Shown here: positions 62,029 to 64,000 of the stretch, piece after piece
Layout of the letters: each line of letters opens with the position of its first letter
How positions within the stretch are numbered: the stretch's first letter is position 1
The notes under the pieces: model-generated
What the model was told of the DNA's origin: nothing
Seen by the model: the letters and a program-made list of their open reading frames with translations, nothing else
Databases searched by the model: none
Origin: an uncultured Candidatus Saccharibacteria bacterium
GTDB taxonomy: Bacteria; Patescibacteriota; CPR2; UBA1875; CAIMLA01
DNA: 64,000 bases
Assembly: GCA_964594415.1 (NCBI GenBank)
Contig: CAZQLQ010000003.1
Coordinates: forward strand, 6,224 to 70,223
Reading direction: 5' to 3'
Translations under genes and position numbers: made by a program

Positions 62029-63238
62029 AATTAATAGTTCCCCAATTTAGATTACCGCCCGCTTCGTAATAAACTTTATAGACTTTATTTATTTGATCCA
62101 AAACAATTTGTTCGCCATTTATAATTTCAGCAAATCTAATATCAAAATATACATTGCCCCTTAAAATACTTGGATTTTTAAAAGTTATGTTAATAGCGCC
62201 TTTTCCTTTTCTGATAGAACCTTTTACTCCGTTTTTTTCGCTATTAGTACCAAATAGATAAGCCATATTGTCATCAAAAACGCCTATACCAAGAATAAAC
62301 TTTTCAATATCTTCTTTTGCTTCATAATTAATATTCATTACAAATGTTTCATTTGGTTTCAAGATTTTAGAGGGATTTCCTTTACCATCTAAAAACGAAA
62401 CGTCTTTCACGTATAACTTAAAGTTACCCCAGCGGTTTTCTGATTCCACAGGACCGCCTTCTTCAATCAATTTCGCTTCCGCGTTATTACCAAAATTTAT
62501 CGTATTATAAACCTGAATAGCTTTTTCCGGATTACCAAGGTAAATATTTTCGGAGTTGTGTATAACCAACACCCTATCACAAAATTCTTTAATACTCTCC
62601 ATTGCATGGCTTACAAAGACAATCGTCTTGCCCTCTTCTTTAAACTTTTTGAAAACATTGAAGCACTTTTTCTGAAAGTTTGTGTCTCCTACTGCCAAAA
62701 CTTCATCTATAAGCAATATCTCAGCATGAGCCTTAATTGAAACCGCAAACGCTAAGCGGACTTGCATTCCACTAGAATAATTTTTTAACTTTTGATCCAT
62801 AAATTCTTCAAGTTCGGCGAATTCAACAATCTCATCGTATTTCTCGTCAATCTCAGTGCGAGTCAATCCTAGTATGGCACCATTTAGATATACATTTTCT
62901 CGACCCGTAAGTTCAGGATTGAATCCAACGCCAAGCTCTAGGAAAGGCGAAATCCTTCCGTGAATATCGATTTTCCCTTTATCAGGAATGTATATTCCTG
63001 CAAGCATCTTGAGAAGAGTACTCTTACCACTGCCGTTTCTTCCGATGATTCCAAAGAACTCACCTTCTTTAACTTCAAAGCTTATATCGCTTAATGACTT
63101 AAACTCTGTATATGACTTTTTCCCAAAGATATTAAAAGCTGCTGATTTGAGACTAGTATGTCTCTCGTGAGGGATTTCAAAAGTTTTATATACACCTTCA
63201 ACTTTTATTAACGTTTTCTCTTTTGAACTTTTTTTCAT
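62003..63238 (-). CDS. wzt: Polysaccharide ABC exporter ATPase with C-terminal Wzt_C domain
   Basis: GRNGSGKS, YSSGM..RLAF and DEVLAVGD..FQ motifs plus C-terminal extension. Confidence 0.93.
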   Translation of the reverse strand: MKKSSKEKTLIKVEGVYKTFEIPHERHTSLKSAAFNIFGKKSYTEFKSLSDISFEVKEGEFFGIIGRNGSGKSTLLKMLAGIYIPDKGKIDIHGRISPFLELGVGFNPELTGRENVYLNGAILGLTRTEIDEKYDEIVEFAELEEFMDQKLKNYSSGMQVRLAFAVSIKAHAEILLIDEVLAVGDTNFQKKCFNVFKKFKEEGKTIVFVSHAMESIKEFCDRVLVIHNSENIYLGNPEKAIQVYNTINFGNNAEAKLIEEGGPVESENRWGNFKLYVKDVSFLDGKGNPSKILKPNETFVMNINYEAKEDIEKFILGIGVFDDNMAYLFGTNSEKNGVKGSIRKGKGAINITFKNPSILRGNVYFDIRFAEIINGEQIVLDQINKVYKVYYEAGGNLNWGTINFETKFEKK

Positions 63239-63999
63239 CAGACCTCTTCAGCAAATTTAGCAGACATCTTATTAAATACAAAGTAGCCAGTTAACAAAAA
63301 TATTGGCGGTAGTATGTATGGAATTAAAACGTAAGGGAAAACCAAGACATCAGAAACACGTTGCGTTTCAGTAGTTACCATAACGAATCTTGCGTCCTGA
63401 ATCATTTGTGCTATCGGGCTAAGCGCAATAAACTTTGAGTAAGGCGCTGGAACCATACTTAGCGGGTAAAGGATAGGTGTAGCATAGAATAATGCCTGAA
63501 GAAAAATTTCCCAAATATGGGCTATGTCCCTAAACTTTACATAAAGCGCTGAGAGAATCAGAGATAGTCCTAAAACAAAAACATATAGTTCAATGAAGAT
63601 AGCTACAAGCCAGAGGACACTGAGCCCAATAGTTATCTTGCTAAAAGCAATAAAAATAATCACTGCTAAAAAATTTAATAAAAAGGTAATTAGAGAAGTG
63701 GAACTGTTAGCAAGAACCAAAAGAATTCTTGGAAAATATACCTTCCTTATAAGTGACCCCTTTGATACTATCGAGCCCATACAAACACTCGTTACCTCGG
63801 CAAAGAAGGTCCAGATAACCACTCCGAGAAGCAAATAAACCGGATAGTGCGGTACTTCTCCCCCTAGCCTAAAAAATTTTGTAAAAACTACGTAAAGCAC
63901 GCCGAAAAGCATCAGCGGTTTTACCAAAGACCACAAATAACCCAGAACGGAACCTTGATATTTTAACTTTAGGTCCGTAAGGGCTATCTCCCTAACCAT
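63238..63999 (-). CDS. wzm: Polysaccharide ABC exporter permease (5' end probably outside window)
   Basis: KYQGSVLGYLWS..KPL, LIRKVYFP, RDI.H and FYATPILYP motifs. Confidence 0.93.
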   Translation of the reverse strand: MVREIALTDLKLKYQGSVLGYLWSLVKPLMLFGVLYVVFTKFFRLGGEVPHYPVYLLLGVVIWTFFAEVTSVCMGSIVSKGSLIRKVYFPRILLVLANSSTSLITFLLNFLAVIIFIAFSKITIGLSVLWLVAIFIELYVFVLGLSLILSALYVKFRDIAHIWEIFLQALFYATPILYPLSMVPAPYSKFIALSPIAQMIQDARFVMVTTETQRVSDVLVFPYVLIPYILPPIFLLTGYFVFNKMSAKFAEEV

Positions 64000-64000
64000 A

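Overview
Low-GC, gene-dense bacterial chromosome segment read in the standard code (TGA is used as stop). It is most likely from a Patescibacteria/CPR organism, inferred from split ComEC, short HrcA and AtpH, DUF5663/DUF5665-like genes and many leaderless genes. Housekeeping content: ComEC pair, five tRNAs (fMet, Lys, Met, Ile2, Asn), hrcA-grpE-dnaK-dnaJ with tandem CIRCE, tilS-ftsH-murJ-lepA, and a complete F-type ATP synthase operon ending in a beta-carbonic-anhydrase-like gene. It also carries a NuoF-like plus group A [FeFe]-hydrogenase pair, a K+-independent membrane pyrophosphatase, a secreted lipase followed by small membrane genes, and a cell-surface glycan cluster (TagO/TagA/WecB/ligase/GT/Wzm-Wzt). 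The most striking unexplained structure lies downstream of tRNA-Asn (about 19.3-22.6 kb). There, unrelated single genes are separated by a recurring about 100-bp spacer made of a progressively decayed tRNA 3' end, a terminator, and a -10 box placed 6-7 nt before ATG. The first gene is also bracketed by 16-bp inverted repeats. This reads as a polar, tRNA-anchored gene-cassette array with no integrase in the window. All family calls are from motif recognition by eye; no searches were run.
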